Assembly (NCBI GenBank): GCA_040954595.2
Contig: CM082577.2
Coordinates: forward strand, 1,798,001 to 1,862,000
Direction of reading: 5' to 3'
Length of the DNA stretch: 64,000 nucleotides
DNA from: Balanoglossus misakiensis
Lineage: Eukaryota; Animalia; Hemichordata
This document shows, one piece after another, positions 1 to 43,446 of the stretch (the first letter of the stretch is position 1; every line of letters starts with the position of its first letter). Below the pieces are notes generated by a model. The model saw nothing but the letters and a program-made list of their open reading frames with translations. It had not been told where the DNA came from and searched no databases. A program made the position numbers and the translations under genes.

Positions 1-1009
1 GGTGATAAAAAAAAACACAGGCGACCTTTAAATGCAATGGGTGCCCTGACCGTGACAGATAATTCGAGCGCAGTGCATCTAACGGGCAGGCGGCATGGAC
101 CTTCGTTATACACATGGGTGGAAACTGCTGACCAGTAGCGTGTTCATTTTATCGTGCGAAAACAAGTGTGCGACGGTGCTCCCGTGCGACGAATAAGCTG
201 ATACTTATGCTTGAAAGGCCTTGTGGTTGGCATTATTTTGGTACAGTCGCCAGGACTGGCTCTCTCCGGGAGAAATTAAAGCATATGGTATATGATCTGG
301 TTTCCTGCCTCAGGTCTTCGTAATGAGCCACGGCTCAACCTTGGCATAATTTGCAAAGTACTGAATAAAAAGAGCTCGCTGTGCCTGCCAGCTAGTACGC
401 AACACGGAGATCGTGTGTCTATTCAACAGATCTAACACAGCATACAGTGTCAACAGGAATTATTGCTGGTTGAACTACTCCATCGCAAAGCCATCTCCGT
501 GTGTATTAAATACAAACAGAGGACTATGTGCTTGTGTTATACAGTATACTGGTTGTCAGTTGGTTTAGAAATGTGAGGGTATATCTCAACGCCAGTCATT
601 CCGGTCTTTAAATATCACATTTTGTTTCATAACACGGTATAATTTTATGGTGTCGTGTGTATATGTTCCGGTGACAGTCGACGTTGTCTCGGGCAACATC
701 CACGCCATTGTAGTACATGTAATTGTCTGAGGTGATACTTTTGTGACGTCCGTCATGAATGTGCGTGTAAGTCTGGTGTAATTATGTATGTATGCGTGTC
801 AAGGCGAGAGAGATGGCTCTGAGCAGTGTATATTGAAGACGCCTTTGATCAACATAAAAAGAATAACACTGGGTAAATGAACGCATGGGAAGGGCAGTCC
901 TCTTATGTCATTGTATATGGTGTGCTTTCTCCTCCACAGTCCGCGCGGTCTAATCTATCTGCGAGTGTCAAGTGCACACAATGTATACAAACAAAGATTT
1001 TATACTCAC

Positions 1010-1596
1010 AAACTTTTGTAAGGCTTCAGCAGTGTTTCTGTGTTCCGCGGGGTCGGGTTTGAATTGGGACCGTTCTTAAACAGGTCGTCGAACTTGCCTG
1101 TGTACGATTTGGGCTGTATTGCTAAAGGTGCATCGTGGAATTTGCCCAGTACGGAAAACAACGACTGGGCATACAGGTCGTTTTGCTTCGCGACGTCTTC
1201 CGTCCGATTCCGCGAGTCGCCTCCGTCTCGGAGTTCATTGTCGACATCATCGCCTCCTCGAGTCCTATTCGGTAAACTCTTATTTTCAACGTCTTCGGGG
1301 CTGAGTTGTTTATGTTTAGCGGCGCTATTGTCGCCGTACGCTTCCTTAACTGGTGATCCGGGTCCCGAATCGCTCTTGCCTAACTGTCTACGCATAGAAT
1401 GTATGTCCTGGGCCACCCTCAGGTCATCGTTCACCCCCCTGTCTGCGTTCTCGAGGAGCGGGCCTCCCCCGTTCTGCTTGATCACAGCGTTCCTCACGGC
1501 AGACAGGGGTCGTACGCCGCTCTCCATGCCGATCAGGACGAGCGTACACAGTACGAGGGAAGCCAACGTGATCCCCACTCTCTGCTTAAGTTTCAT
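1010..1596 (-). CDS. First coding exon of a FAM20-family Golgi/secretory-pathway kinase (probably FAM20A/C-type); the rest of the gene lies left of the window
   Basis: The ORF starts MKLKQRVGITLASLVLCTLVLIGM: an MKLKQR start plus hydrophobic signal-anchor, as seen in FAM20 proteins. A long low-complexity stem follows, and the exon ends at a GTGAGT donor (intron starts 1009). The kinase domain is not in the window, so the subfamily is inferred. Confidence 0.55.
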
Positions 1597-1869
1597 GGTT
1601 GCCAGGATGGGTCAGGGTGTGATCACCTCGCCGTGGAATGGATCACCAACAACGAAACGCCAGTCCAACTATCCCCTTCGCTGTCCACTGTCATCTGTGA
1701 CTACCGAGCTTGTAGCGGAGCACCGGCGATCGACGACTGCCTCCTCTCGTCGGCAACACACGGGTGTACGTGTATATGGGAACAGACAAGTCGCTGTGTG
1801 TTATGAACAATGGCCATATGCATATCACAACGTCATTAGACGCAACTGACTTAGGCCTGAATCGAACGC

Positions 1870-1910
1870 CACCATGATTGGCTATTCCGATGCCGTCGTA
1901 TTTGCATGGT
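1870..1910 (-). promoter_or_regulatory. Putative proximal promoter motifs of the FAM20-like gene (CCAAT box, octamer)
   Basis: GATTGG (CCAAT on minus) near 1876 and ATTTGCAT near 1900, in a CpG-rich stretch ~300 bp upstream of the ATG. Confidence 0.3.
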
Positions 1911-4900
1911 GACCCGAATCACACCCCTCTGCCTGATCTGACCGATCGCCCGCACTAAACAACCGCGACAGTATACTGCAACACGGCGCTGTGGTAACAG
2001 TTGTTAGTGTCACATGCAGTCTGTGTAAGCTTTGCGTGGCTTAGGAGAAGAGAATTCGGTTTAGCTGCCGGGCTGTCGCACGTACGCAGTCTTGGCGCAG
2101 ACTGAGCATGTCTGCAGGAAACCGTTCGAGTACTACACTTCTTTGCTGACGCGCGCTTCTGAATAATAAATGCAGGAGGCCATAAGGGTCGTCAAGACTT
2201 GTGTAGCTGATACACACACAACGTGACTACACGGCCAGAATTTTCTGTCGGAATTTTTGTTGCAACGCTTAAAAAATTGAGTACCGAGCGTCACACGCAC
2301 AAAACAGGGCTACGAGATCGTCAGTGTGCTGTAAGGTTTTAATTATCCCCACAGTGTTTGTACAGATTTTCCCGATTCATCAATTCTTGGCGGCGTCTTT
2401 CACATCGACTTGCAAACTTCACAAATCAAACGACAAAACATTAAAATAAATAACATATCTCATAAACAAAGATTAAATAAAAAGAAACATTTTTAGATAA
2501 CAATTGCTTAATTATATCCAATATTGGGTGTGACATTTTCAACGCGTTGTTATGGCAACGACGAGGTTACTCGCATTCGGTTCAATGCGCGAGTCCTTGA
2601 CTTCGTCGGGGGAATTTCATGAACAGATAAAATTTAAAACAGTATCTCACTGGGAGAGAACACAAAATTGCATTTGTGATACACACTTTGTTATTCATAT
2701 ATCATATTGATCCAACCTTTGACAAAAGCAAGATGATCGTTGCACCTGATTTCGCGTGGGGTTGGAACACTTACACAGTAAAGCTGCTGACACGCGCAAA
2801 CGAAATATGCGCATGTCGAAAAACTTTGCAATGGTTGTTCACTCGGTGTAAATCCCGAACCAGTCGCAGCGTAATTTCACAGACTAGCACATCGGTTGTT
2901 GCAAAGGAATGATCTACAGTTGGAATTTGAAGAAAATTAGACGCAGTGAAACAGCAAATAAGAAGTGCTCATAGGCCTATATGAGGTTGTGTTAGCGATT
3001 TCGTTTAAGGACTGACTGTCATTGGTGGCGTTTTATCTCTCCTTTTTGGGATGAATTCAACAGGATTCCCTGAGTTGGCCGGGGTTCCTTTACAATACCG
3101 CATGCACAAAATCTTTTTTGGACAAAATGCTTCGTGGAAACTTTTGTCAATCTGTGCGGACAGAGTATCGAACATGACAATATGGGGCAAACGAGAGGAA
3201 TATGCCATAACGCGCATTTGTCGCGCAGATCGATCTCTCGTCATCGTGCCAAGGTCGCTTAAGGACATTTTGATTATCTGCAGGAGATAATTGAATCAGA
3301 TGCGTCCCTCAACTTTGCTTTTGTTACCCGCAAAGTGGGTAAACATTATTTCCGGAGCCATTAACACACGGAACGCCAGGTACAATTTTGCATCAAAGAA
3401 TGCTGTAACCTGTAACGGACAATATTACATATCTTGGAAATGTGTAACACCGGCCCGGGGTGTAACGTTTAGATAACCACAGAAGGCAAAAATGTAAAAA
3501 CAAAGTTATCCGATTGCAGTCACTGATTTACACACAATGCGCTGGCATCAGTGAAGTCCACACCATCTCATATTGGTTGCAAAGATCGCTAAGGTCGTTG
3601 TCCTTTTGGGTTGAAGCCAAATCTCTTATTCCCCTTTTATCCTACCAATGCGAGGTCGTTTACAGCCACATTTTTATGATACATGTACTATTAGGATTGT
3701 TGTCATCGATAAGTTTTACTTGGGTCATGTGGCATATAATGCACGACACAACTGATTTTTTTCCATTTCCGATACCAAATATACCATCCGGTAGCAGGAA
3801 TGGAGACCTCCCCCCGCCAGGTATATTTTTGTGAACGCGCCCTTGATGAATTGCTAAGGTCAAGAGGGTCAGCCTAAAATACCGGAGGGGGTGCATGTCA
3901 CGATCAGCTGTTTGAGATCAACAGTCAACAGTCGAAAGTCCAGTGACCCCTCACCTATTGTGACACTGATGAAAATCGGCCGTTCTACAATTAAAAGCTA
4001 CCCTAAATTACCCAAGACATCCCTTCATGATTGTACAGATAAGACAGTTCACTGAAATTGGCAAGTTTTCACGGCTCGAAATTCATAATGTTTTCTACTA
4101 ACAGAATGATGAAATGCGATACCCTGCAACCTATACAACGCATATATTTGAGTATACAAAAAAACTTGTAAAAAAACCTTCTTGACAGAGTTCGGTTGCG
4201 CCAAGATATACAACGACACACGATACAGAAAGCAAACCAGGCTAGCAAATAAACGATAAAGTGACGGCACACACACTCTGCCTGCGACAGGCACGCGAAA
4301 GCGCGAGGGAGGAGAGTACATAATTGATGTGCATTAATGTTAACACCATATCAATTTTCGTACCCGGAGGAATCGATAGTTTCATTTATTTATTTATGAG
4401 TGTATTTAAATCAAATACACTTAGACGTGAGGAGTGTCCATCAAGGTTCCAACGAGTGGCGGGTTGTGTCAATGTTTGAGTGTTCAAGTCAACACATCTG
4501 CGTCAAATATTGAAGAAACTCGTAAAATGTTTCAATTCAGGGCTCGTGTTTGTCGCCATACATATTTTAGAGCGAATGATTTTAGACTGAGAATTCTAAT
4601 GATCCGACGCCACAAGGTGATCATAAAACAGCACCTTGCGATCATCGGAGTATTTGCCAGATGATACACCCAAGCCTCGTTTATTCCCCCGTTTCATCGG
4701 TTGACTTAACTTTCTGTCCGCGTCAACACTGTACATTCCGACCTTCCAAGATAAATCGTGATTTAAAAAAATACTATTTGTAACCAGAGAAAGGTAGTGA
4801 TCCTTCAAAATTCCTCTGCGCATACTGCACGGTGTTCGTCTTTCATTCTCACGGCCAGCAAGGTGGGTGAAATGTGCATCAGCGAGCGTATAGGCACAAG

Positions 4901-7695
4901 CTTATTCCGCTTGACTTTATCCTGCTTTATTTGGCTCCACGAACTTTCTATTTTGCAGTCAGTAAACCCAGAATAACATCTCTATTTATGCGATATTGTG
5001 GGATTTTAAAACACATCATGTCACGACAAAACACGCGAATACAAATGCCCACCTACACCCTGACGTGTAGGCCTATGTAAATGCAAAAAGCCACCAGAAC
5101 AGTCACAATGCCCCCCCCCCCCCCCCATTATATACACTTGCTATGCAGCGGGCACATCACCTTGCTCTTCAAAGAAGCACAGCTCGCTTATTGAATTCAC
5201 CACAGACAGTAAAGTACAGGTTTATAAGGTCTGTAACAGCCTGGATAGCATCTGTCGCTCGCATTAATATCTTGGAAAAATTAACAAAGGTTGTCCATTT
5301 ATAACTTTTTCTATAAAAAGTCGCCAACATGGTTATTGTCTGACCCGGCATGACCCGCACACAAACTCTCTACTGTGAAGGCATCGCGCACACATGTTAT
5401 TTCTGTGCAGTGAATTAACATGTTAATTAACTCATATGGTAAGAAATGTTGATACTTCAGGCTACCTATTACATGAGCATGCATGAGACAAGTGAAATCC
5501 TTGCGATGCATAAATGTTTTCAATTTTAAATGACAAATTGTTTGCAACCGCAATATATGTCTGTGAAAAAACAAACGCGTATGAATTATGCAACTTATTA
5601 TATCTAATTCTTAAATTTTGTATGAGCCCCAAAACCAACATCTGTCGTCAGACACATACACTTCACCGGTTTAATATTGGTTTTGCAGACACGAAACGTA
5701 CCGTTACGTTGCCGGGTAGCACGCCTATTCTGTGCAAAGTAGAAAATGACAGACTAAATATAAAATGCACCATGTGACGGTGTGGATGTTGCATTGAAAT
5801 CCGCATAATAGCATTTATTGCAAGTTTTCTTTCTGAGAATAAAATCCATGAGTCAATATATATTGCGTATATACAGATGTGCTATCAAGAGAAAATACGA
5901 TTGACAACTTTCAAAATTATTTGACAAAGCTTCCTCCACCTCCGAAATTAAAATTGTTAACATAGTCGTGTACAAGTATAGGTCTGGAACTCCCTTCACC
6001 TTTTAATCGATATCTATTCCTTGGCTAATCCTTCGCTAATGTGTTGGATGGCTTCTTTTATAGCGGATTCTGATCTGCCGTTCGGAAATTGGAATTCACA
6101 AGGTGTGCGGTGATGTATAATGCCGATATGACATGCCGTGGTGGTTGGATTTCATCTGCTGAAAGCATAAAACTCGACGTGGCACACAGCGATGGTATTT
6201 ACAGTGTCACTTGTGTTTCACGGGGTCTTTGTGTCTGTGGAACAGGTTTCCTTTCATTTGGACATTCTGTGCGAAACCCGATCTTGATGCTTCGTAGAAC
6301 CAGATACTCTAGTAATCCCAAACTGATCTCGTCCAGTCTCACCGGTATAATTTACACTCTGTAAATGCATGTTCCCTGAGGGATTCCACCGGTTGGCTGG
6401 ATTTCATGCACACCTGCGCTTCAGCCAATCACAAGTCTCAAAAGAACTACACAAGACAGAAAATCGAACAGTTAGAGAAAAATGCACGCTTTTTGAGCTG
6501 CAAAAAGTCTAAAGTCGTGATGAAAAAATAAATTATTTAAACTCGCGTTATTTGCTAAAACTACTAAATATCATTGAATTCACCAGCCAAGCAGAATTCC
6601 AATGGACCATTCTGTTTGCGATGCCATCGTGTCCACATGTTTTTAGCGACCTGACAGTCCGTTCAGAATTTAATGGACATCTAACAGACTTTGAGGTTTG
6701 AGAGACAGACTCCAGTCTCGCGGTTTGAGTAGGTACTTACGACCACAAAAACTCGACAGAATACAAATGTAGCTTGCCTCGGCATAGTTTCTATTAGACA
6801 CGTGGAATCGGACAGTGAACCCCCGTTTCCGTCAAAGTCAACGAGCCAGAATCCTTTCTGGTTTTTATACGTCTTTCAGGTGAAGAGAAACGGAGCGTTA
6901 AGTTTTGCCCCATCATCTCAAGGTTCACTGCATCCAATGGAAGTTCCAGTCAAGTCGATGCAACTTAATTGCTATATATACATATAATTTTTTGCTTGTC
7001 GCTATTAGCAAACAGATTTTCAGCCTGAAATACCGAGTTCCTGAAGTTCTTTACCCCCCAAAAAACTCGATGCATTCAAACAAGCAAAATGTTTGCATCG
7101 AACACAAACGTCACAGCACTGCAGCGTGTGAAAGGCGTCACTTCAGAAAGGCGCAACCATGGCTTAAATAAAACCACAGAACAAGATAATGAACAGACTG
7201 TGTCCAATGGATGAAAACATTGTCTGTCTGCACCATTCAGATTAGAATACGACCCACGGATCGTGACGCTTTTGCGCTGCCAAATAATGAGCGCATCTCG
7301 CACAGAAACAATTCTATGTATGCCGCATTATGCCAACGTAAATTTCCACATGCGGCGCGGTGTCGTCGTAATAATCACGGTTTCCTGCTCAGATAAATGG
7401 CCCTCTAACAATTTAGTGAAAATCAAACGCAGTGGGTGTTTTCAAGTGTTAACGTGTTATGTGTGTGTTAGGCATTACACAATATGAACTATGCCATATA
7501 TTACAGACTACCTGCTGTCAAGGTTAGACCAACCTTGTCTGAGTTCCTCCGGGTTTTTAATAGCCTATAGGCACTTAGTTTCAACCATCAGTGTTTTAGA
7601 GAGAAAGAAAATTTAATGTTGCCCGTTGACAAAATGTTTGCTGATTGTTTTCCACAAAATGAACATACTGCAATAACTGCATAGAAATGCTGGTG

Positions 7696-7773
7696 ATGAA
7701 TGAATGAATGAATGAATGAATGAATGAATGAATGAATGAACGGATGAATGGACAGATGAATAAATGAATGAAT
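7696..7773. repeat. (GAAT)n tetranucleotide microsatellite, degenerate at its 3' end
   Basis: Run of tgaatgaatgaa... followed by gacggatgaatggacagatgaataaatgaatgaat variants. Confidence 0.95.
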
Positions 7774-8032
7774 ACCTATGTATGATAATGCATAAACTTT
7801 GGTATAATGGGGCTTTAATGTCTACACAACACATATTTCAGTGTTCCTTTTAGTCAGACATTTTTTATTGCATGAAACATCTATTATACACCAATTTTAC
7901 AACACAGCTTTTTCGCAAACCTGCTTGCATTCCAACTCCATTGGAATGTTGACATACAGTTCTCTGGTTGATATTTGCAGCAATCTGACACTCACACGGC
8001 CTAAGTGCCGCGACCCACTTCTCCGCAAAAGG

Positions 8033-9155
8033 TTAAGTAGCGGTAATTTCAATTTAGCGACCGAAATGACGGCCGCTGTTGTTCTGTTTGTCAAATTGTC
8101 AGCTGTCCACTTTGATTCAACCCGTTGAATACCAGGTAAATAGCCGGTGCAATTTCTCAAATTTCCACTCAGAGATTTATTAAGGGACAGCCATAATTTT
8201 GACATTATTGATCCGACATTAGGATCTGACAGATGGCAGGCAATACAACAATTTTAACTAAAAGCTGAGAAATATGAATTTGATGCCCAATTCCCTATTC
8301 AAAATAACAATGGGCCAATCACAATCAAGCTTGATTTAACCAATCGAAATGAAGAAAAAAAACTTCATTAGCATATACCTCAGTATGTACACAGCCAACA
8401 ATGGAAAGTAAAAATTGATACTCTTAAAAAAATTTGCATTTTATATAATCTGATTAACCCTGACAGTAATTAACAAATCAAAAGAGTTTTCCTGTATTCA
8501 TATTTGATTGTGAAAAAGCAATTTTCTCTATAATGATCACAATCACATAAACTGCATTCATAAGTTAACTCTATACACCGGTACAAGTTTTGCCTGACGA
8601 AATAGCTTGGTTTTGCCCAGAAAATTAGCAAAAGTTATCTTTATGAATGTCTGAATACTGTAAATTTGGAGCTTGCAATTTTGATGAAATTGGTTACGAA
8701 AACCAAAAACTGTGATTTCACTGTCTGTTTTATACAGAGTTCACTGACAGTCATAACTCCAAAAAAGTGCACCTCACTCAAATGAAATGTACGGCCGTAC
8801 AACACTCCGCACAAAAAGTACCCGACAACGAGCCTTGCTAAAATCTCGCATTTTCAGTGCGCCATAAATATTTGATTACTGCCGACATGAACAGGGACGC
8901 AATATGAAGCTAGATAGTAAATTTTAATTCAATTTTTTCATCCCTAAAATACGGCAGTCTGTCGTATGTTTCCAAGTAAATTTCATGCTTCGGTGACCGC
9001 ACAGTTGCGGGAGCAATTTTTGATTGGCCGATAATCGAACTGTTGTACTCTGGGTAAACATGGCAGTGGAGTGGAGTTCTCGACGGGGGGTCTTTATGCG
9101 ACGAAAACCGACAAACTCCGACAGGAAGTCTAAAACTGGAGATTGTGGAACTTAA
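8033..9155. mobile_element. Possible TTAA-bounded non-autonomous DNA element just downstream of the TBCD stop codon
   Basis: TTAA at both ends. Weak inverted similarity between the left end (TTAAGTAGCGGTAATTTCAATTTAG) and the reverse complement of the right end (TTAAGTTCCACAATCTCCAGTTTTAG). The ends are CpG-rich, unlike the flanks. Confidence 0.3.
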
Positions 9156-9213
9156 ATAAAAAAAAAAAACGCCGACAGTCAGTCACCACTGCAACCCACC
9201 AGCCATCGTCGGA

Positions 9214-38831
<29,618 letters not shown>

Positions 38832-39172
38832 CTTCGTCAAATATGTATCAAATTGAGCCCTCTAGCTTAATGATAATTTTATAAGAATAGATTTTACCAT
38901 GGACGTGACACAGATTTTACATTAATATTTAGCGATAAAACACCACAACCAACATCTTCATCACAAGTGAAAGTTACAAATTTAAAGAATGGGGCGTGTT
39001 GGGTACCTTTTCGTTTTGTCTTTAACATTTCATTTTAGTCCTTGACATAACACACTGAACTTAGAGGGTTTGGGGTCAACCCGGGATAGTCAAAATGGCG
39101 ACCTCCATGGGACTCGTCCAAAACATCAATCCCACCTGGTTGTCATGGTAATTTCACAGAAAACTAACGAAG
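38832..39172. promoter_or_regulatory. Bidirectional promoter region shared by TBCD and PIGQ
   Basis: The two divergent ATGs are 341 bp apart. YY1-type motifs: AAGATGGCGG (minus, overlapping the TBCD ATG) and AAAATGGCG (39092-39100). GGGGCGTG GC box near 38991. Confidence 0.7.
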
Positions 39173-42100
39173 ATGGGAGAAAATAATGCTGTCAGGGTGT
39201 TTTTCCCATATAGCTGTATACCATCAGACGATGGATGTCTGATCGGTTGGCGGGATCTGTCAAGAAGACTAGTTTGCGTCGTGGGAGTCATAAAGGAACC
39301 GTACAGCGGGAGATCGGTGAACAAGTATTTGACAAAAGTGTCCGTTGCCAAGGACGGAAAAGCAAAATTTCCCGTACAGTTTCTAGGGTATTGGAGAAGG
39401 AGAGTCGAGGGACTTACACGTTCGCATAGTTTGAATAATGATTTTACCGGAGACGGACAATACTGGCTTGAAATGGGAATGTACGGTGGCAATCAGGACC
39501 CACCAACGTGCGCCCTCCAGGGCCAATGGGTAGGGGAACCATTGATGGTCATTCTGTACGACCAGACCAAATTTCTAAATTCGAGACTCCAAGACACTGA
39601 GGAAGCAAACGGTATATCCAACGGAATGGCCAGAACGGATGGCAAACTTTCGGATGTAGATTGCATATTTGAAATGGTGAACTCGTGCCAAAGTACTGTT
39701 CTGAGCAATGGAAACACAGAGGACCTGAACATCGTGCATAGTCGGTCTCTGAAAAGCAGTGGACCGAGCATATGGATGTTACCAGTACTTTTCCTCAACT
39801 GTATAATGATGGTACTGTTTTCTGCAATCACCAAAGTTATGGGGATTTTATATCACAGCAGGTGTGGGCAGTCAGATATTCTTCGTTATTACTAATTGGC
39901 CAAAAAGATTAAAAAGTTGTTTTTGACTTTTTCCAAAGGATAACATTTATGTTGCTGCCCTATGTTAGCTACTAGTAATTATCAGATAAGCAGTTTAAAT
40001 CTGAACTTTATGTAGCCTGTGACATACCTCACTTTCTTCTTTCAGACTTCTTCAAAGTCAACAGATGCAATGGCTAATAAGATTGCCCGCAACTGGATGT
40101 CAGCTGATAGAGAGATACCTTCACATGCACTATATCCTCACTGTCCACAGACAGCTGAGGAATAGTACAGACAGGTCAACACAAAAATCATCAAGACTGT
40201 TTATAAGGTACATTTTAAAGATTCAAACATTGGAAATACTTGTAGGTTAACACATATTGTTTTCTGCATTGTGGTCCATTGGTTGTATCATTGCCACATA
40301 CATGCATGATGGTGTGCATTGTTTATGCAGAGACGAACATGAACAAGCAGTGACCAAACTGTTACATGACCAGTCTTTTCACAAGTTTTTGACAGACAGA
40401 ACAATCTGTGATGAGCTACATATATTTGGATAAGTTTAATTAATGTTTGTGTTTTTTTCACCCAACAGTAAAGGCAATCTGCTGAGTTCCATCATACTGG
40501 ATGTGATCCTTGGTGTGTTGTTGATGCTGTGGCTTTTCCACAATGACTACCCATCCAGACTCTCCAATGAGCTGCTGCAGTTAGTTGATGTGAGTAAGGC
40601 CACCCCTTAACCCTATCGCCACCATGGTACAGTCCAAACCCATTGTTTAGAGAACTGGGAGTGAAAGGGTTAATGATGGATTATGTACCAACTTACTTTA
40701 AACCCTTAGCAAATCCATTCGGAAATTCACTAACAAGGAGAGCACGAGACTACCTGTCCCATTATTGCTGAAGCTGCTCATGTAAGCGAGTCTGATGTTA
40801 TTTACTGCCACAAACTGATTTATTGCGATGAAAACGGTGTGTCTAATGTGATTGATATTTGTCATCTCATTCCACATGTTCAGGTTGTTGGAGCAGAGCT
40901 TCAGAAGTTGCTTCATTGGTTGATGGGAGTGCCTGCTGGTCTGAAGCTCAATAGTCAGCTCGATGAATTCCTTGGGAAGTTTTTCTTGTATCATGTCTAC
41001 TTGTGGATCAGTAAGTTTACTTAACCTCCACTATGCTTGGTCTGATTTAAAAGCTACAGCATCTCCATTTCTCATGTGAACATGGAAGCTTATTTCATCA
41101 TATATTTGATGGCTGGTAATTCTAGTACAATCATATACATCATGGTATGGTGATTGCACAACCATTCAGTAGTAGAACCCAAGATTGGCTGATCTTGACT
41201 GACCTGAGCCCTTTGACCTTGAATGACCTATGTGTGACCTCCTGAGTTACGACCTCAGACTGACCTATCACTATATACTCATAAGTATTCTTTTTGCTTC
41301 TTGACACTCCAGGCTACCTAAAGGTGTTGAGGCCTTTCATGGGGACCATCTTGTGGAGTATAGGTTTATCCGGTTGTCTGGGTCTCTCTGTATTCCTCTC
41401 GCTTGCCATGGATTTCCTGTCAATGCTGACCTTTCACATTTATTGTTTCTATGTGTATGCGGCTCGGTAAGTCACAATAAAGAACATCAGCAACTCCCTT
41501 CCCTCCCCATTAACCCTTTCACCCCATTTCTATCTTTAGATGTCCAACTTTACCATAGAATACAACAGATTTGGACCAAACCATGGTGGTGAAAGGTTGA
41601 CACAGAAGAGAACATTGATGTCGTTGTGCTTTTGACAGGTGGTCTATGTGAACTTTATTACTGGTATGCTAGTAACATATTTCTCTAAATTTCAGCTGAG
41701 TTTGTGCATTTCACCTTTATTGTTCTTCCATCAACTTTTGCAGCTTGTACAGTCTACAGCTGTACGGACTGTCATCGTGTTGGAGACTGTTCCGAGGCAA
41801 GAAGCTGAATGTGCTGAGACAACGTGTGGATTCCTGTCAGTATGACGTTGATCAACTCTTCCTAGGCACCATCCTCTTCACTGTTCTACTGTTTCTCCTT
41901 CCCACAACTGCGCTCTACTATGTGGTTTTCACATCGGTGAGTGATGTTGGTCGTTTTCTCAAATTGAGGTGAAGCTACCCGTAATGTTTGGCATATCTCT
42001 GCAAAAAGTAGTACACAGTACATGAGCAGAAGAAAGATTACTGAAAGCCAGATTAAATCAACTATCAAGAATTACATTTCAGAAACATGTCTTTATTGCA

Positions 42101-42741
42101 CAGTATCATTCTATAAACCAGGATATCCTCTTTTTATCAGTAAAGTTTGAAACTTTCCCCCTAAAATATGAATTTGTGTTTATTCATTTAGTTTCGTCTG
42201 GTAGTACTGACACTAGAGGGCGTACTCTCCAAGATGGTGATGCATCTCAACACGTTTCCCACGTTCTCGTTGATGCTGAGATTTGTGCGTTCCAACATGT
42301 TGGCTGGAGGGGTGACGTTCTCTGTGATTGAGAGATCCCAGGGCCATCCACTCTGCTTGTCAATACAGGTATGGTAGAGAACTGTGATTGGATTGTGTGA
42401 TTTTATTTTGGAAATATTGAAAGGTCATACAGGGTTCACAGAAATGACTAGTCAGTGAGTTCTTTTGAGTGCTGTAGTGTGGGCTAATATAAGTAGAGTT
42501 TGAAAATAAATTTCATGGTAATTTCCCAAAAGTTGCAGCCTATGGGACTTTAACACAATCCCTCCCTTCCTTCCTCTAACAGGTTGAACCAGCACCTTAT
42601 TCCATTGTTCTGCAGCAAGGCCGAATGGGAAAGTTTGACAGTTGGCACAACCCAGCTGCCCACTTCGCAAGTCTCGGAAACATCGGCAAAAGATTGTTCC
42701 TTGGGCATCTCGTCTATCCATGGGGTGGGGACAAGAAATAA
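39173..42741 (+). CDS. PIGQ: Phosphatidylinositol N-acetylglucosaminyltransferase subunit Q (GPI1), 8 exons, ~593 aa
   Basis: Exons 39173-39861, 40046-40207, 40469-40589, 40884-41010, 41313-41466, 41744-41936, 42192-42368, 42583-42741 (1782 nt, phases consistent). Gpi1 motifs: N-terminal RVFFP...[81 protein letters not shown], and C-terminal G.LVYPW. Confidence 0.95.
40607..40673 (+). mobile_element. piggyBac-type MITE (TTAA TSD, CCCT...AGGG ends) in PIGQ intron 3
   Basis: TTAA-CCCTATCGCCACCATGGT ... GGGAGTGAAAGGG-TTAA. Confidence 0.75.
41510..41600 (-). mobile_element. Second copy of the same piggyBac-type MITE family, inverted, in PIGQ intron 5
   Basis: TTAA-CCCTTTCACCCC ... TTTGGACCAAACCATGGTGGTGAAAGG-TTGA. 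Its reverse complement aligns with the 40607 copy (CACCATGGT..GTCCAAA..TTGT). Confidence 0.75.
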
Positions 42742-43406
42742 AAAGGATTTTTGCGCTTTAGACATGTGGCATGCGATATGCAAAGAGGCTGAAGTATATG
42801 TTTCATCTTTATTTACAATGTAGATGAATTTCCTGTTGTGGGAAAATTTAACTAGGGTTACTTTGGAGTTCTGTCATATACATTGTATTGACCGTTATGT
42901 GGTAACCTTATGATTCCTTGTGATCACTGATATAATAAAGACCAAACAAGAAACGAATGTGTCTTGGGTTTCAAGTTCTGTGCCTGTTATAAAGTTCGCT
43001 GGCATCAATATATTTTAACCCCAGCAGCATGCTTCATGCCAGACATACCTTGTTCATCCAATTGAATATTTGAACCAGCGCCAAGCAGTTTTTTGTTAGC
43101 TAAGTCAACACTGCTTGGCCTCTGCTGGTAATTTTATCTGTCCAAGCTGGTCATAAACGTTGGATATAGCTAACATAAGGTATTCAACTGGGTCAAAATA
43201 CACATATGGCAAAAGAAACAAAAGCTATCAAAATACGTCCAATGGCCAAACGTATTTATAACCGCTTGGTAAAATTTATGTAGTGGGTACTTGTATCAGA
43301 CTTGAGCCCAGTCATCCGTCAAAATGGTCGGAAAGCTGTTTTTGCCATTCAGAGTTTTTAGACCATGTTCTTTGCTGTGTGTACATTTTGACAGGGTTGC
43401 ATAGCA

Positions 43407-43446
43407 AATAAAGTGTTGACTCAGCTGTCCAAACACTGGAAATAAA
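43407..43446 (+). terminator. Candidate polyadenylation signals of PIGQ
   Basis: AATAAA at 43407-43412 and 43441-43446, ~670-700 nt after the PIGQ stop. Confidence 0.45.

Noticed and set aside
1040-1849. 269-aa plus-strand ORF
   Set aside because: Antisense shadow of the GC-rich FAM20-like exon; no recognisable domain.
2676-3290. Short ORFs and an exon-like minus-strand segment (KRPWHDDER...)
   Set aside because: Interrupted by stops, with no recognisable family or consistent splice partners.
5900-6990. Coding-looking patches between the FAM20-like gene and the TBCD 3' end
   Set aside because: Stops in all frames and no identifiable domain; at most decayed sequence.
41195-41270. Cluster of TGACCT hexamers (nuclear-receptor half sites) in a PIGQ intron
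   Set aside because: TGACCT/TGACCTTTGACC arrays are common low-complexity intronic motifs in marine invertebrates, and the spacing is irregular.
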